DNA of 63,053 bases, filler included, from Rhabdomonas costata (GCA_019059605.1; 27 parts of 27 records of this genome joined end to end with filler, not necessarily neighbours in it); one strand, 5' to 3'. Shown: positions 21,952 through 35,008, numbered from the whole stretch's first letter. Notes: generated by a model not told the origin, from the sequence alone. Translations and numbers: made by a program.

Positions 21952-23035
21952 ATGCGGGAGAAGCTTCATGCCGCGCTGCAGCAGCCCTCTCGGGTGGTTG
22001 GTGCCGTGGTCTTGTTCGCGGCTATTGCTCTGGGGCTGATATGCACCAACTTCCAGCCCGACCCCCGGCCCTGGGAGGAGTCCTTCGTGGTCAGCTCGGG
22101 AGCGGTGGCGCAGCGGGAGTGGGCCCGATTGGCCAGCCTCACCGTGGATAGCAGCGGCACGATCATCAATGGCACCCTCCCGGACGACCGCCACAAGCTC
22201 ACTCTACTGTCCCGTGTGCCCTCCCAGGTGCCCACGCTGTTCACCCCGGAGTACCTCCGGCTGATGCTCAGCCTGGAGCGCCAGATCGTGGAGATCCCTT
22301 CCTACCGCGACTACTGCTGGAGGGTGGTATGTTGGAGTGAGCGTGAGGGGGTGCTTCTTTTTTCTTTGGTTTTGCCAGTGGGCAAGGGGGTCCCTCTGAT
22401 GCCACTCGCTCAGCGCAGTTCTTAGCCGTGATGACCCCCACCCCCCATCTGTGAAACGTGGCAACTCAGAACTACACTATCCTATGTTATTTCGGAAGCT
22501 TTGTGTGTTGCCGTCGTCCACTCCTATGACCAGCGCAAGCTGACTGAAAAATTTGACTATTTTATTTGTGATAATGCAATTACTGGACCTTGCAGTGTGT
22601 TACTCATATAGGGTTTGACGCTACAGGTGGAAACGCCCCACAAACGTGGGTAACTGTCCTCATAGTCCTCAGAATTTAACCAGACCCATGGACTGGGGGT
22701 GGGTGATTTGCATAAATGGTGCAGCAAAATTTGATTTTTTTTGGCAAGAGTTGTCTTTTGGAATGCGTGTACATAACACGGCGTGCCTTGCCGTTGTACC
22801 CTCTCTGTGGTGAGGGTGTGCCTGACCTTGCACACACGGGCGCTCTGCAGAATCGTGCGACCGTCGACGGCTGCTTCGCCGCGGACACCTGCATTGTGCT
22901 CAGCCCCGCGGGGCTTGTGGACTGCATGATCCGTAACGCCACGAGAAACTCCGCCGATCTCTCCACCGCGAATCAGGCCCAGGTCGACGCCGCCGTGCAG
23001 ATCCTGCGGTCGCCCCAGTTCGTTGCGAACTGGTC
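21952..23035 (+). CDS. Dispatched/Patched-related (RND/SSD family) membrane protein, N-terminal part
   Basis: An N-terminal TM helix (VVGAVVLFAAIALGLIC) is followed by a luminal segment TLFTPEYLRLMLSLERQIVEIPSYRDYCW, like the 'LFT.E.L......E..I.....Y..FC' motif of DISP3-like proteins. A second Cys-containing exon starts at 22851. Confidence 0.5.
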
Positions 23036-23775
23036 GTGGAGCGAGGTCTGCGGAGAGGATTGGGGGCATGTGTATATATGTGTCAACATAAATGAGGCGT
23101 AGATCAGCTGTTCAATTGCCAGCGCGCCGTGCGCTTGATCCTGCTGGCGGTAGTTTATCTGATGCTCTGCAATGCAGCGTTTGCCATTCTTTAAACTTAT
23201 GATCGTAACAATAACACAAAAAAACGCAAGAAAAAAACAAGGGGTTGCTGAGCACCCCCCCCCCTCTTCCCTTCATCCCACAGAAGCTCTGGGGGTTGAC
23301 CAANNNNNNNNNNNNNNNNNNNNNNNNNNNNNNNNNNNNNNNNNNNNTTAATTAATTAANNNNNNNNNNNNNNNNNNNNNNNNNNNNNNNNNNNNNNNNN
23401 NNNGTGGGGGTTGGCCACGGTAAAAACGGCTAATAAAAAGGACAAATTTTCATCTTTTGTTTTTCCCTGACGCTCGGTGAAGGGGTTGACGGCGGTGATG
23501 ATTTTGGTTTGGTGGGGCAACGGTTAGCACTGGGGGCAGTGAGAGTCAGTCAAGAAGGCAGGCAGACACAAAAGCAAGCTGACTCAGATCACCAAACACC
23601 AACCTTTCTGATCGCACACGGGAGCACGCGCGAAGACAAGAAAACTAAAGGGGAAACAAACCGAAAAAATGATTACACTCAGTATGTCGACATGATCAAA
23701 ACGTGACGCCCCGCAGATCTTCCCTCGTTCTTGCTGTGCTCTTCTTATATTATTTGTCTATTTTGGACAGAGGAG

Positions 23776-24270
23776 ATGTCCCTCCCTCGGGAAGGCACAG
23801 TGGAGAGCTGGTCTGTGGCTGAGGTCTCCCAGAGGCTGGCCGCAGAGCCGTGGGCCGGACCTGAGCTCGCCGCTCAGCTCGAGAGGCACCAGGTTCGGCC
23901 CCAGAGCTGGCGTTGGGGAGGGGGGCGCGCGTGACATCGCCAACCAACTGCATGCTGTTTTGAGCATGGAAACATTGCGCACCGCTGCAGTCGTCGAGTT
24001 GATCGACAACAAAAAAAAGGAAGAATGGTGCAGCAGAGGTCCTGAAAGACCACCTTTCCCAGGTCCTTGGCAGCTGTGAGGGCGGAAACCCGGTCAGGTC
24101 GAAACAACCACAGTGCATGGCCGAGGGGTTTGCGAGAAGCCGAGGTCTGGTGGGCCAGAGCTCGCTTGTGTGGGCACAGCAACAGCTGACTCTAGTGGAG
24201 GCCTCTAACTGGATCACCGAATGCACCCTGCTGATCATCAATGTCACATGTTTTTCTTTAAAAAAAAAAT

Positions 24271-24303
<33 letters not shown>

Positions 24304-25473
24304 TGGTTAGTCCACTTTCCACACTGGGCGCCGTCCTTCCAAGGACAAAAACAACTAATGCGGCCAAGATGAAAGGGAGGAAATGAAAAACGCAAAACCA
24401 GCATGTGGGTGTGATTGCCTGGGTTAGCCATTACCATTAAAACGTTGCTCTGCAGCCCACGAGGGGTCAAAGTATTCGCCCAAAGTGTCGCCATCTGTAA
24501 TAAAACAAACCGGGCTTGAAGGCTCCGCCACTGCAGCCTCCTATGTTTAAAGCGGAGGCAGGCAATAACCCTGGGAACTTCCAAGTGGATCCGGCCGGTC
24601 TGAATAAACAACGACTCCGGCATGAACTTTCGCCATAATAACAACATCACTCCTGTTGAAATGCAGTGGCCTCCCAATAGTATTGTTCAGAAAAGGTGGG
24701 GAAAGAAGTGCGCGCCAAGGGATCCCAACAGAGTGCGCCTTTTTTCACTCATTGAGGAAGGCTGCAGTCCTCAATTCTCCCTTCATTCAGATTGATGGGG
24801 CTGGGTTGCTCGAGCTCACCAAGGAGGACCTTCGCAATGACTTCGGGGTTCAGCCGGTTGTGTTTTTTCTTTTCCTTGTCCGAGTTTTGGGAGAGCGTTT
24901 AGCTTAGTGTGCCCTCACTAGAAATTTGTTTGTGTCTTTTCCGCTGAGTCACCACCGCTCCCTTCTCCCATTGTGGTGTTCTGCATCTGGAGAAAACTTA
25001 CAACTTGAAATTATGCCGGTATGCGTTTGTCCTCTGCGCTTTCCTGTTTCCCGGCAATGATGGCGAAAAAACTCGCCAAAAAAAAACTAATGAAAACTAA
25101 TGGTCAGTCACAGCAGACCGAAAACCTGGAAATCATTTTGGATTTTGCATTGAGGACTTGCAGGGATGTTGCAGGGTGGTAGGTACGTTTTCTACCCCTG
25201 GCAAACCGTGTGAATTTCGTACCTGCCTCGCGTTGCCAGGTGCTGTTATTATCGATTAGAGAATGGATCCCTTCACCACAAGAAAGATGCAATTAGAGAA
25301 GCACCCCAATTGTGAGCGCCTTTTGCCAGGACGCAAACACAGACCCGCCACTCGGCACACCTTTTCAGTTGGGGCAGGTGAAGGCCATTTTGCGCAACAT
25401 CTCCCGCCTGGGCACCCGGGGGCGTGGTTGTGGCGGCGCGCCGGTTTGGGCCGAAGGCTCCATCTCCTGCAAG
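23776..25473 (+). CDS. SAM-domain protein (partial, 3 exons)
   Basis: Exons 23776-23892, 24791-24856 and 25369 onward give VESWSVAEVSQRL...LERHQIDGAGLLELTKEDLRNDFGVQPLGQVKAILRNI, a canonical SAM pattern. Confidence 0.85.
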
Positions 25474-25746
25474 GCTTGGTCCTCCCCAGAGAGCGGGCGC
25501 TTTGGAAGACTCCCCTCGGCCAGCCGCACCCCCGGCACAGCAGAGGTTCCCCACCACCACCACCACCACCACCACCACCTTCCAGTGCTTTCCCAAAGAA
25601 GGAAAAAAGAAACCTCTTCAGAGCTTTTCTGCGCACATGGAGGGGGNNNNNNNNNNNNNNNNNNNNNNNNNNNNNNNNNNNNNNNNNNNNTTAATTAATT
25701 AANNNNNNNNNNNNNNNNNNNNNNNNNNNNNNNNNNNNNNNNNNNN

Positions 25747-27712
25747 TGTGGGTTGTCCCACAGGTAGGGGTTGCCCAGGGTGGCGATGACGGCGCGGTAC
25801 ACGGCCTCGTGGCAGTGGAGCTGGCCTGGGTGTCCCGTGGTCTGTAACAAAGGCACCCATTAAGGTACGTCGCAGCCGCGAGGCCGAAAAAAGTGTCTGA
25901 GGTGTCATTGAAGGAGCAGGCACGCTAAAAAAAAGTGCGATACTCTGCCACATGTTGTTAACCTCGGGAGATCAATGCTGTGCGTATACGAGAAACCGAC
26001 CGGTCTAAATCGCCCGCTGCACGATGGAAACCACATGCTTCTCCTCATCCTTCATCAAACAACACCATGGAAATCTCTCTATGAATCTATAAATAGGTTT
26101 TTCGCTGTTCCCAACGAGCACGTATCCCCAAGTTGCGGAAACAGTCCCCTGCAGGATTCTTCTTCGTTTTTATGTTCTGTAATGAAAAATTCGATGAGGG
26201 CTCAAAAAGGGGCGGGGGGGGGGGGCAAATAATCTTTCTACTCCGGATAAGGCCCTTGTGCGTTAGAGTGAGCATGAGGACGGGCGTTTTTCAGGTGTTG
26301 AGTAATTGCAGCGAAAACCGGCAAACCCACAAATCCACACTTCACCACCCCTTAGTCCAACAGCAACAACAGGGAACAGCATTCGAATGTCGCAACTAGG
26401 AAGCTGCACCGACCTCCATTTGACTTGCGAGGTTCACCGTGGAGCCCAGAACGTCAAAAGAGGGGCACTTTCCGTGAAGCACCCCTGCCGTCACCGGGCC
26501 CGTGGCCAGACCAAACCGCATCGGGCACTGCAAATGACTCGCCCCCGCCGCGCCAGACGTCGTCGAGGAATGCCCGGAGGAGGTCGGCTCCAGCCCACCA
26601 GCACATCCAATGCTTTTGTGTTTGCGATTCGAGCTCTTGGACTTTTGCGTGAGTATGTTCTTCTTCGCGATCAGCTGCAGGCATAGTCCGCTGTTGGGGT
26701 TCAGGTAGCGGTTGCTGAACACCTGCGCCACGCACGACGCGAAGTGCATCATTCGCATCACATGCCCCACGGTGTCCCCCTCGGCGGTCAGCCCAGGAAG
26801 TCCAGCAATCGCGAAGTAGGCATCCCCTGCAGGTGCAAAGAGAGCAGAGACCTTGAACAAAAGATAAAGGAAACTGAAATCAAGTCTGCGTACAACACAA
26901 AAACATAAAAAACATAAATAAGGAAACACCCATTTGCACACCAATGGTCTTGATCTTGTATATCTTGAAGTAATCCGCAATAACGTCCATGACACCTGTG
27001 GGTGGAGAAAGGCGAGGCGAGGAAATAGGGGTGTGATGTGGTGTGCAGAGTTGACGGAGGAGTCATCCGTCCTCTCCTTAGGCGGGACAACGATTCTCCA
27101 TGAGCGGGGGGAGGGGCAGGTTCTTTTGGTCACCATACTCTGGTGCAGATCCGGCCACAATCACAATTTCTCTGACTTGCCTTAGAGGTATTGAGCAGCA
27201 TTGAGGCACTGAGCAGCTTTTTCTCATTATTGTACTCAGGTGTGCTCTGTTCCTTCTGTTCTAACTCTCTTCATTTCACTTTCTTCATGCTGCCCTGCCT
27301 GGAAAGGGGCCATCTCCTCTCCCCTTCCCTCCCCTTACCTCCGTGAGAGGCTGGGCAGGGCACGCCCTTTCCTGGGTCGACTCCAGCGCTTCATTTTGAC
27401 CTGATGGGTACAGTTTGCCTTGCCGTGGTGGGATCAAGGTGAAAGGGAATCGCAAGAGACCCATGCACACCAAAGGTGTACCCAATCCACTCCACAAGCT
27501 CTGCAGCGGTCAGCTTCACCGATTTGGCGGTGAAGTTGCACAGATCGGAGAAGAACACAGTTGCCTGCAAATGTCCCAACCCTCGACGAACAGGTGACAA
27601 ACACAAGCCACACCATATGGAGCCAGTTACCAAAGCAAGGTCCGCGCTCCCCTCTCCAGGGCTCGGCAGGACAAGCCTCCACTGGCGTGTTGGGGAACTC
27701 TTTGTCGGCGCC
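25747..27712 (-). CDS. Class III adenylate cyclase catalytic domain (partial, multi-exon)
   Basis: Exons 27564-27471, 26995-26942, 26826-26414 and 25841-25747 give ATVFFSDLCNFT...IYKIKTIGDAYFAIAGL...MRFGLATGPVTAGVLHGKCPSFDVLGSTVNLASQMETTGHPGQLHCHE. The K and D specificity residues indicate ATP. Confidence 0.92.
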
Positions 27713-28521
27713 TAACGCGCTCGCACACCCCTAGGTCTGGATTGTTGTCACCTTCCCCATTCCCATTGCCCTGAGGGCTTGCGCCAGTGTGGGAAATGCT
27801 CTACATTGAATGGGCCGGTGGTCTCTTCCTTTCTCCTTGACTCCCTCCCCCCCTTCGCCCTTGGGGGCCCAACTGCTTCACCGACTGTCTCCTCTTCACT
27901 GCCCCACATTTGTGAATGCCCTCCTCTACCACTGCGTCCTTGCTCCGGAATGGGCCTCTCCTTGAGTGAGGAATGCAAAAAACAANNNNNNNNNNNNNNN
28001 NNNNNNNNNNNNNNNNNNNNNNNNNNNNNTTAATTAATTAANNNNNNNNNNNNNNNNNNNNNNNNNNNNNNNNNNNNNNNNNNNNGTTTTTTGTATTTTT
28101 CAGATGGGAGAAAACAAAACAACAGAAATGGCAATTACTGTCAAGTTTCACTGCCCGAGTGCAGACAAGCAAGTAATGCTGGAAGAACGAGAGCCAACCC
28201 AGGTTTATTTGGAGACCAGGATAAAGTACTTCTATTCTATCGTTGGTTTTGCTAAGGAGGACGCCTTGCATTCCTCCAAGCCTGGGGGCTGAAGGCTATG
28301 GGGAACCTCTCCAAAAAAAGAAGACGCAGAAATACTTGATACTTCGCCCAAAAACCGTATTCGAACCTGATTACAAGACGGATGATACATACTCCACGAA
28401 AGCCATCCTGCATAAAACCATCAAACACAACCAGAGACACCGAAATGAAAAATTCAACTAAGAGGAAAACAGAACAGAGGGCATGAGAGCGAAAAAACAA
28501 GAGACCTACCCCCGCAAACAC

Positions 28522-29407
28522 CTGTGTGAAATCCACAGATTCGACCGTCCCACGAAGAGTTGTACACCCCATGCAGAACATGACTGCCGTTCCAGAATGG
28601 GAAGTACTTCAGCGCACCCACAAGCTGCGGAGGGTACACCCTCCGAAGCAGCCAGTTCTGAAAGTCACAGAACATCCCCCGAAGCATCGAGTCCCCAATC
28701 AGTACCACCTCCACCGCAGGGCCCTGAGTGAAGCTCTCCCGGTCCACAAACAGGTGCACGCACCCCCGCGGAAGCCACACGTGGTCGTTGTCAAACCACT
28801 GCCCGGTGCCGTCCCGCGCACACGGCGGCGCCACACGCGAGTGCACCCACAACCCCTCTTCCGAGCCACTGCGGCACGGCACACAGCTGCTGGGGTACAG
28901 GTTGGGCCCCGATACCCTGAACTGCGGAAGCTCCGAGAAGATGGAGTAGGAGCCCAGGAAGATTGGGTTGGGGTGCCGAAGCTGCATCGGGGTGACCCCT
29001 TTCGAGTCGGGGGTCTTGCATGACATCCAAAACATGTAGTCCCCAGGTACCTCCAAGATAACCTGGAACCTCAGCACGAAGCGGTGTGCCCCAGAGGCTT
29101 TGGGATCAGGATTTTTATTTGGGAGAACCTCATTGGCATAGATGACGGGGCCGTTGAGGCGGGCGTAGCAGGTGCCAGTGTTCTTTGGCCTTAGAACAAC
29201 TATTGTAAGTGCATCCCCTGTGGAAAATTTCGAGCTTCCATAGCACTGAGGCCGGCCATGTTTGCCACGATGGCATGTTATCCAAACCTCCGAGCCGTGT
29301 ACGCTCAGAAGCAAAAACCACAGCCCAAGCAGACACAGAACAGCCATCCAAACAGGACATCGAAGTGCAAACGCTGCGGAAAGAAAGGCAACATAGATGC
29401 GCACCAT
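28522..29407 (-). CDS. PC-esterase / NXPE / TBL-like SGNH-type acyl esterase or acyltransferase (secreted or type II membrane)
   Basis: Long exon with a hydrophobic N-terminus, an Ig-like 'PGDY' segment, then WLPRGC...VVLIGDSMLRGMF (W.P..C plus GDS motif). Confidence 0.7.
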
Positions 29408-30538
29408 GACAACGGCCGTATGTCTCCACAGGCAAAAGTATCAGTGGAAATGAGGGAGCAAGTTCGGACAATGCAGGATCTGCCACCACCCCGCCCCCAG
29501 ATGTCACCTTAACCCGGAATCTGGCATTTAGCGTATCTAGCATCTTGTCCCCGAATGACGAATGATCAGAATAAGCAGGCATCAGCTACAGCCTCTGGGA
29601 CGAGGAGAGCTGCGGTCAAGACAACTGCAATCATGATACTTAGGAAGTTCAATCATCCCAAAGGAAATAAAGTTGTGATCAGAAGCCATCCACATTACAT
29701 TCACGATAATATGAACAAGACAGCTCATTTTCCTTGCCGGACGCAAGAGTTGCCACTTGGGTGAGCCATCGGTTGATCGGTTTTCGAACAGAACCCAGCA
29801 ATGGGGAGGGAATGTGTTAGCTACAGCAGCGACCAAGAAGAAGTACACAACCAGCAACCACAGCGGCACAAAGTGTGTCTTGCTGGTTGGGGAAGAGATT
29901 TCGAGAAAAGAGAGCGAATCGGCGAGATCTCCATCAAAGTGGGCAAAAGAGAAACTATGGCTGTTGGGGAAAACGGCCCCAAAGAGTAAAACTCCGAAAT
30001 TAATGGGACAAGCAAGCAGACTGCATCCGGGCCATGGTGACGGATTTTCGCACTAGACTTCAGAGCTTATTTCTCGCGGTGGACAACTTGTGGACAACTT
30101 CCGCTCGCCGTACGACCGGTCCCCACCAGCCTTTCCTCTAACCGAGCACAAGCAGCGTCGAATGCAGCGCAATGTTCTTAGCTATTCAGCTGTTTTTCGT
30201 CCAAGGACACTGCCACCATCATCGCGAATACCATCGAAAAAATACACACGACGAAAAGATGCCCACGTGACGAAGTATCACGAAGACGACAAATCAACTG
30301 AAACCGAACAAAGCGCTACACAACACGACNNNNNNNNNNNNNNNNNNNNNNNNNNNNNNNNNNNNNNNNNNNNTTAATTAATTAANNNNNNNNNNNNNNN
30401 NNNNNNNNNNNNNNNNNNNNNNNNNNNNNGGGGTTGGAGTTTCCGTTATCGTCGCCCCTGCGCACAGCGCATGTCCGGAAAGTTTGGTTGAGTGTAATAA
30501 ACACGTGTATCTGGTGTAATATTCAACGCAGACAATAC

Positions 30539-31631
30539 CAAGTTCTTTGGGGCCACGCACCCAAGCAAGGGCAGGAACCATGTGTCGCAAATGTCCGAAA
30601 AAAGGCCCAGTATTTTCGCGGACTGACCGAAGATCGATGGTTTCTGGACCGCGACCTTCATTCATGGGAAAGTAGGAGTACAGGCCAGTTTCATAACCCT
30701 GAAATCCGAAGAAGTGTGTCTCGAAAAACGCAAAAACATGCAACAAAGCGAATCAAGTTGGACAAGCCAAAATGAACAAAATAAAAGAAACAAAATAGAA
30801 AGCAAATAAAATAGATAGAAAGCAAACAGAATACCGTCAAGGGTTTGTCAAACCAATCGGAAATCTCCTGCGAAGTTCTGGCCCGCCCCTTCCACACTCG
30901 TAGATCGTCAACAGTTCCGTCGAAAGGAAACATGTAGTTCTCTGACCCATCCTGGCCAAGTATCAAAGGGTAGTTGCCGTCCAAGCTGCCCAGACCTTTA
31001 ATGGAGGCACTGTCTTGCAAGACCGTGTCCTGGTAGAGGCGAACGGTTTGATTACTGAAAACATAAGAGAAAACACACACAAGAACGGGTAAGGAAGGCT
31101 GTACGACATCAGTAGTTTTGTGAAAACACACAAAAAAGGTACGGAAGAAACACACGCAAACATACGAACGATCCACGACGGCCGCAAGGTGGTGCCATTG
31201 GTTATCGGTAAGATTCGCCGCCAACCCAGAAACAGTGACACCCGAAACTCCATCCCCAACATTAAACTGAACATGAGTCTGATCCGGATGGATCGCCAAG
31301 GTAAATCTAAAAGAAAAATGCGATCATTCGCTGAACGAAACTGCAACCGGAGAAGTGACGAAGGGACAATGGACACACGCAAACCCAGGATAAGTTGAGC
31401 TCCGCCAGTCTTTGTTGGAAAGGATGGGGGGATCAGGGTTCAGAGCGGGACGAGGCTGAATCCACCAAGGCCAAACAGGCTTTCCGACGCGTACCCACAG
31501 CTCCACCGTGAAAGAGCCGGTGCCAAACTTGGGAAACGAAATGTTTGAATCAAATGAAAGGTACTGTGTCAGCACAGTGTACACAGCTGGGTGCTCTCGT
31601 CCCCGGAGGGAAGCAAGTGAGGACGATTCAC
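30539..31631 (-). CDS. LamG-like (ConA-like lectin/glucanase) domain protein (partial, 4 exons)
   Basis: Spliced product: FGTGSFTVELWVR...DPPILSNKDWRSSTYPGFTLAI...FNVGDG...DNQWHHLAAVVDRSNQTVRLYQD...LILGQDG...FDGTVDDLRVWK..ARTSQEI...GYETGLYSYFPMNEG. The three GT-AG introns are in phase. Confidence 0.88.
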
Positions 31632-32353
31632 CTGAAACCACATCCAAGAGAAACATCGAAGATGAATTTTTAAAATTCAACGATTTCGATGAAAGGATGT
31701 GATGCCTCATTATGCAACAACAGTTGCCAACCCTTCCATCGTTGCTCAGTTGCAAATCTGTGGCACCCTGTCGTTCTTTCATTCCGCACGGCAATGTGCA
31801 AAAATTGTGGGTTTTACGATCCAGTAGTTTCGCAATCCGTTCGCAATCCGTTTCACAACCTCCAACCTCTTCCTTCTGGAGCGTTTCAAGAGTTTCATGA
31901 GTTGATGCTTTGGCCTTCAGCGTTGGTGGTCGGGCAATCCAGCGCAAGTTGTCCGGACCGACGAGTCGAAGTGGAAGCACGAAAAAGTGGTAGCAATTTG
32001 GACATATACAACTGCTTTTTGTCTATCGAGGTTCCCTCTGCGGTAGGCGGCTCTTTTGCACTCCTGTCCTTCACCTACTGAAAAGCTCCAATGCCCGGCT
32101 CCCTGCCCTTTATCTCTGTCAGCCTGTTCTCCAAGCATGCATTATTGTCACCCTGCACGCATTACTCAAAGCCTCTCCCCTGCCTCACAGTTTCTTTGTC
32201 GGCGCCGCCCCTGAACCAACCTTCTTCCGCGTTGGCTGAAATCCTTCCAATCGTTCTCTGACATCCTGCCTTGCTCCCGCTGTGGGTAACTTCCCAAAAC
32301 CAAGCGGTATTTTACTCCAATTTTCACTGCATCCGACAGGCCGCGTTGCGCCC

Positions 32354-32460
32354 GCACACACACACACACACACGCACACACACACGCACGCACACACACA
32401 CACACACAGCGCATAGCGCCTTGACGCACGCACGCACACGCACACGCACACGCACAGACA
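32354..32460. repeat. (CA)n / (CACG)n microsatellite
   Basis: Seen directly. Similar (GA)n and (GT)n tracts lie near 9670-9720, 24272-24300 and 48640-48700. Confidence 0.95.
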
Positions 32461-33180
32461 CTACCCCTTCTTCTTTACCCAAGATTGCTGCCCTACCGAA
32501 ACGATGCCGAGACAATCTGCCACGGCACTATGCTGCACGCTAACCAGGGTCACTGGTCAAGTGAAGAAATTTAACTTGACCTGCGCGAAACAAAAGTGAA
32601 TGAAGCAAACATAAACAAACTGGTGCGGACATGAGCTTTGGAGCTGCCCACCTCGGGTGTTGGGCAACANNNNNNNNNNNNNNNNNNNNNNNNNNNNNNN
32701 NNNNNNNNNNNNNTTAATTAATTAANNNNNNNNNNNNNNNNNNNNNNNNNNNNNNNNNNNNNNNNNNNNGGGTGGTTTGTCGACAAGATTGGATATTTGG
32801 GAGGACTGAAGCTTTATTTGCGTTACAATGGAATAAGATCTCTGCCCGCCAGTATTACCATGTTCCAGTACAACTGTGTGTCTGTGTTATGTGTTCCCAC
32901 TGGATCCTTTGTATGCGAAAGACCCTATACAATTGCTTCTTCTTCATGATGGCAAAGTTAGATATTGGTAAACGGAATTGCCTTTTCGTTGGTGTTGGTG
33001 TTTTGCGTTATGGATGCATCAGAAGACGTGAGGCAGAAACTGCGTGAGCGAAGTGGTATTGACCAACAGAATGGACTGAAAAATCATATAATAACGGGAA
33101 TTTGCGCCCACTGAGCCAGCGCTAAAAGTCAGTATCGTAGCAGGCGCCTGCTCTTTCCCTCTATGTGGTCCTGTTTTCAG

Positions 33181-35008
33181 AGCCGTTCGGCGTATCTGAA
33201 GCGGGGCACTCCCGCTGCCTACCGTGCCCTTCACCCCGTGCTGAACTCGACTGGAATCAGCTGCTTTGATTCCCTCACGTTTTACCTCAAAGCGGTGTGG
33301 GCCCACGCACTTCGCACATTTTGCGACAAATACGGCGGAAAAGCTTCGGAACAGCAATTGCTGGCTTTGATTTTCTTCCTCTTTCTCTTTGCCACTGCTG
33401 ATGCGCATATGGAAGACGATGACACTGGGGACTTGAGTCTCCGGCGCTGTGCCTGTTTCTTGTTGCTCCGGTGTCTCGCTTCTGTCGTTGCTGCAAATGC
33501 TTGTGCCCTGTGCCGCAGCTGTGGGCTGTGATCAAGTTCGGCTTTCGCGCCCTTCGGCAGGCCACCGTGCAAGGCCAGGAGGCTTTTCCTCAGGGACTCT
33601 TCTTCGGAGGCCTCAAGCTGGAGCAAAGTATCCTCTGCTGCGAGCCGTTCGTTATTGACGCTGTAGGCCCACTTTCCTTAGCAGAATAATCTGATTTCAT
33701 TTTGCATGACGCCACGGCTTCATGCCTGTCACCTTATGCTGTTTCGATGTCCAAAATGTCCAATCAAACCCCATCGAATCTCCATACAATTATACAATTG
33801 GATGACGTCTGTTAATTACGGCTACTGTGCGTTCCGGAGTAATTGCAGCAGAAGCCGAACCTTGGTGTCCAGGTGCTTCTCACACAGAAAGTGGGTGAAG
33901 TAAGCTGAATCCATCTGCGCTGACGCTGTGCTCTTTGCAGTAGTGGTGTGATATGTACGGTGCTGCGCAGCTGCTGGAAATGTGAGGTTGATACAGCCTT
34001 GTTCACACAACAAGTTTCCTCAACAGTTTCTCACTCTGTCCACCATCTCAAGACATGCATGATCGACTCGCACAATGGCAGGCTATTCTCTGTTTCACGA
34101 GTGGTTCATGAGCTTTTCTTTGGAGTGGAAGGCTGTGACGCGGGTGGTCGTTGTGGTTGTGCACACCGGACTGGGGCCCTTTGCCTGGGACATGCTGATC
34201 AACGATGAGTACTACGAGGACCTCGTCGAGGCCTACGGTCCCAGCCACGTGGTGACGAACAAACCCGTATGAACTTGTGGCTCTTGCTGACTCCTTCTTT
34301 CACAAGCATCTCTTTCGTTCTCCCTGTTCCCTGTTCCCCCCGCCCCTTTTTTCTGGTTTTCCATTTATTTCCTTTCGTTTGAATTGCCTTGCTGCCGTGC
34401 TGCACCTTTGCTGACCTACCCTATCCCTTTGATCTGTTCCGAACTCCACCATTTCAATCCATTCAACTACTCGCCATATTCCACGCGATCCGTGCACCAA
34501 CCTTCTGTTTGCTTTCCTGTCTCTTGTTTTTATGTTGAACACTTGTATCTTTGCCTCCCAACAGTGCCCACGAAGCACGACATTCTGTATCCCTAATACG
34601 AATACAAAATAATGTAATAAGAAACAAGAAATGTAAGTAAAGAGTGAGCAAAGATGTGGGGGGCTGCAAAGCAAAAGTAATTTCTGAGGGCTGCCGTCTT
34701 TTGTACTGCTGTGCTGCTCTTTTGTCCATGTCTCTTCATTCTGTGTTGAGAGCAGAAAAAAATTCGAGTGCAATTTTTAGCCATCCTTTTTGCGTCCGAA
34801 AAATTCCTCAATTTAGAATGTAATTGCGCCTTTTTGACATTACGCGACGGACAATATCGACCTGTCGAACACTCCAGTGCACCGCACCACACCAGTTGCC
34901 GCCACCCGTTGAAAACCCCGGCATTGCATTCCCTAGGGTGCCAACCAGGCGTACTACACCTCCGAGGGGGGGCTGCCCAGCTTTGCCCGGAAGCTTACCC
35001 ACCCCAAC
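33181..35008 (+). CDS. DUF2817 / M14-like metallopeptidase family protein (partial, 4 exons)
   Basis: Exons 33181-33294, 33519-33627, 34082-34266 and 34937-35008 give YRALHPVLN...FYLKALWAVIKFGFRALRQATVQGQEAFPQGLFFGGLKLEQS...VVHTGLGPF...AYYTSEGG, matching the family pattern 'GQY..P.GLF.GG...D.HTGLG'. Confidence 0.7.
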
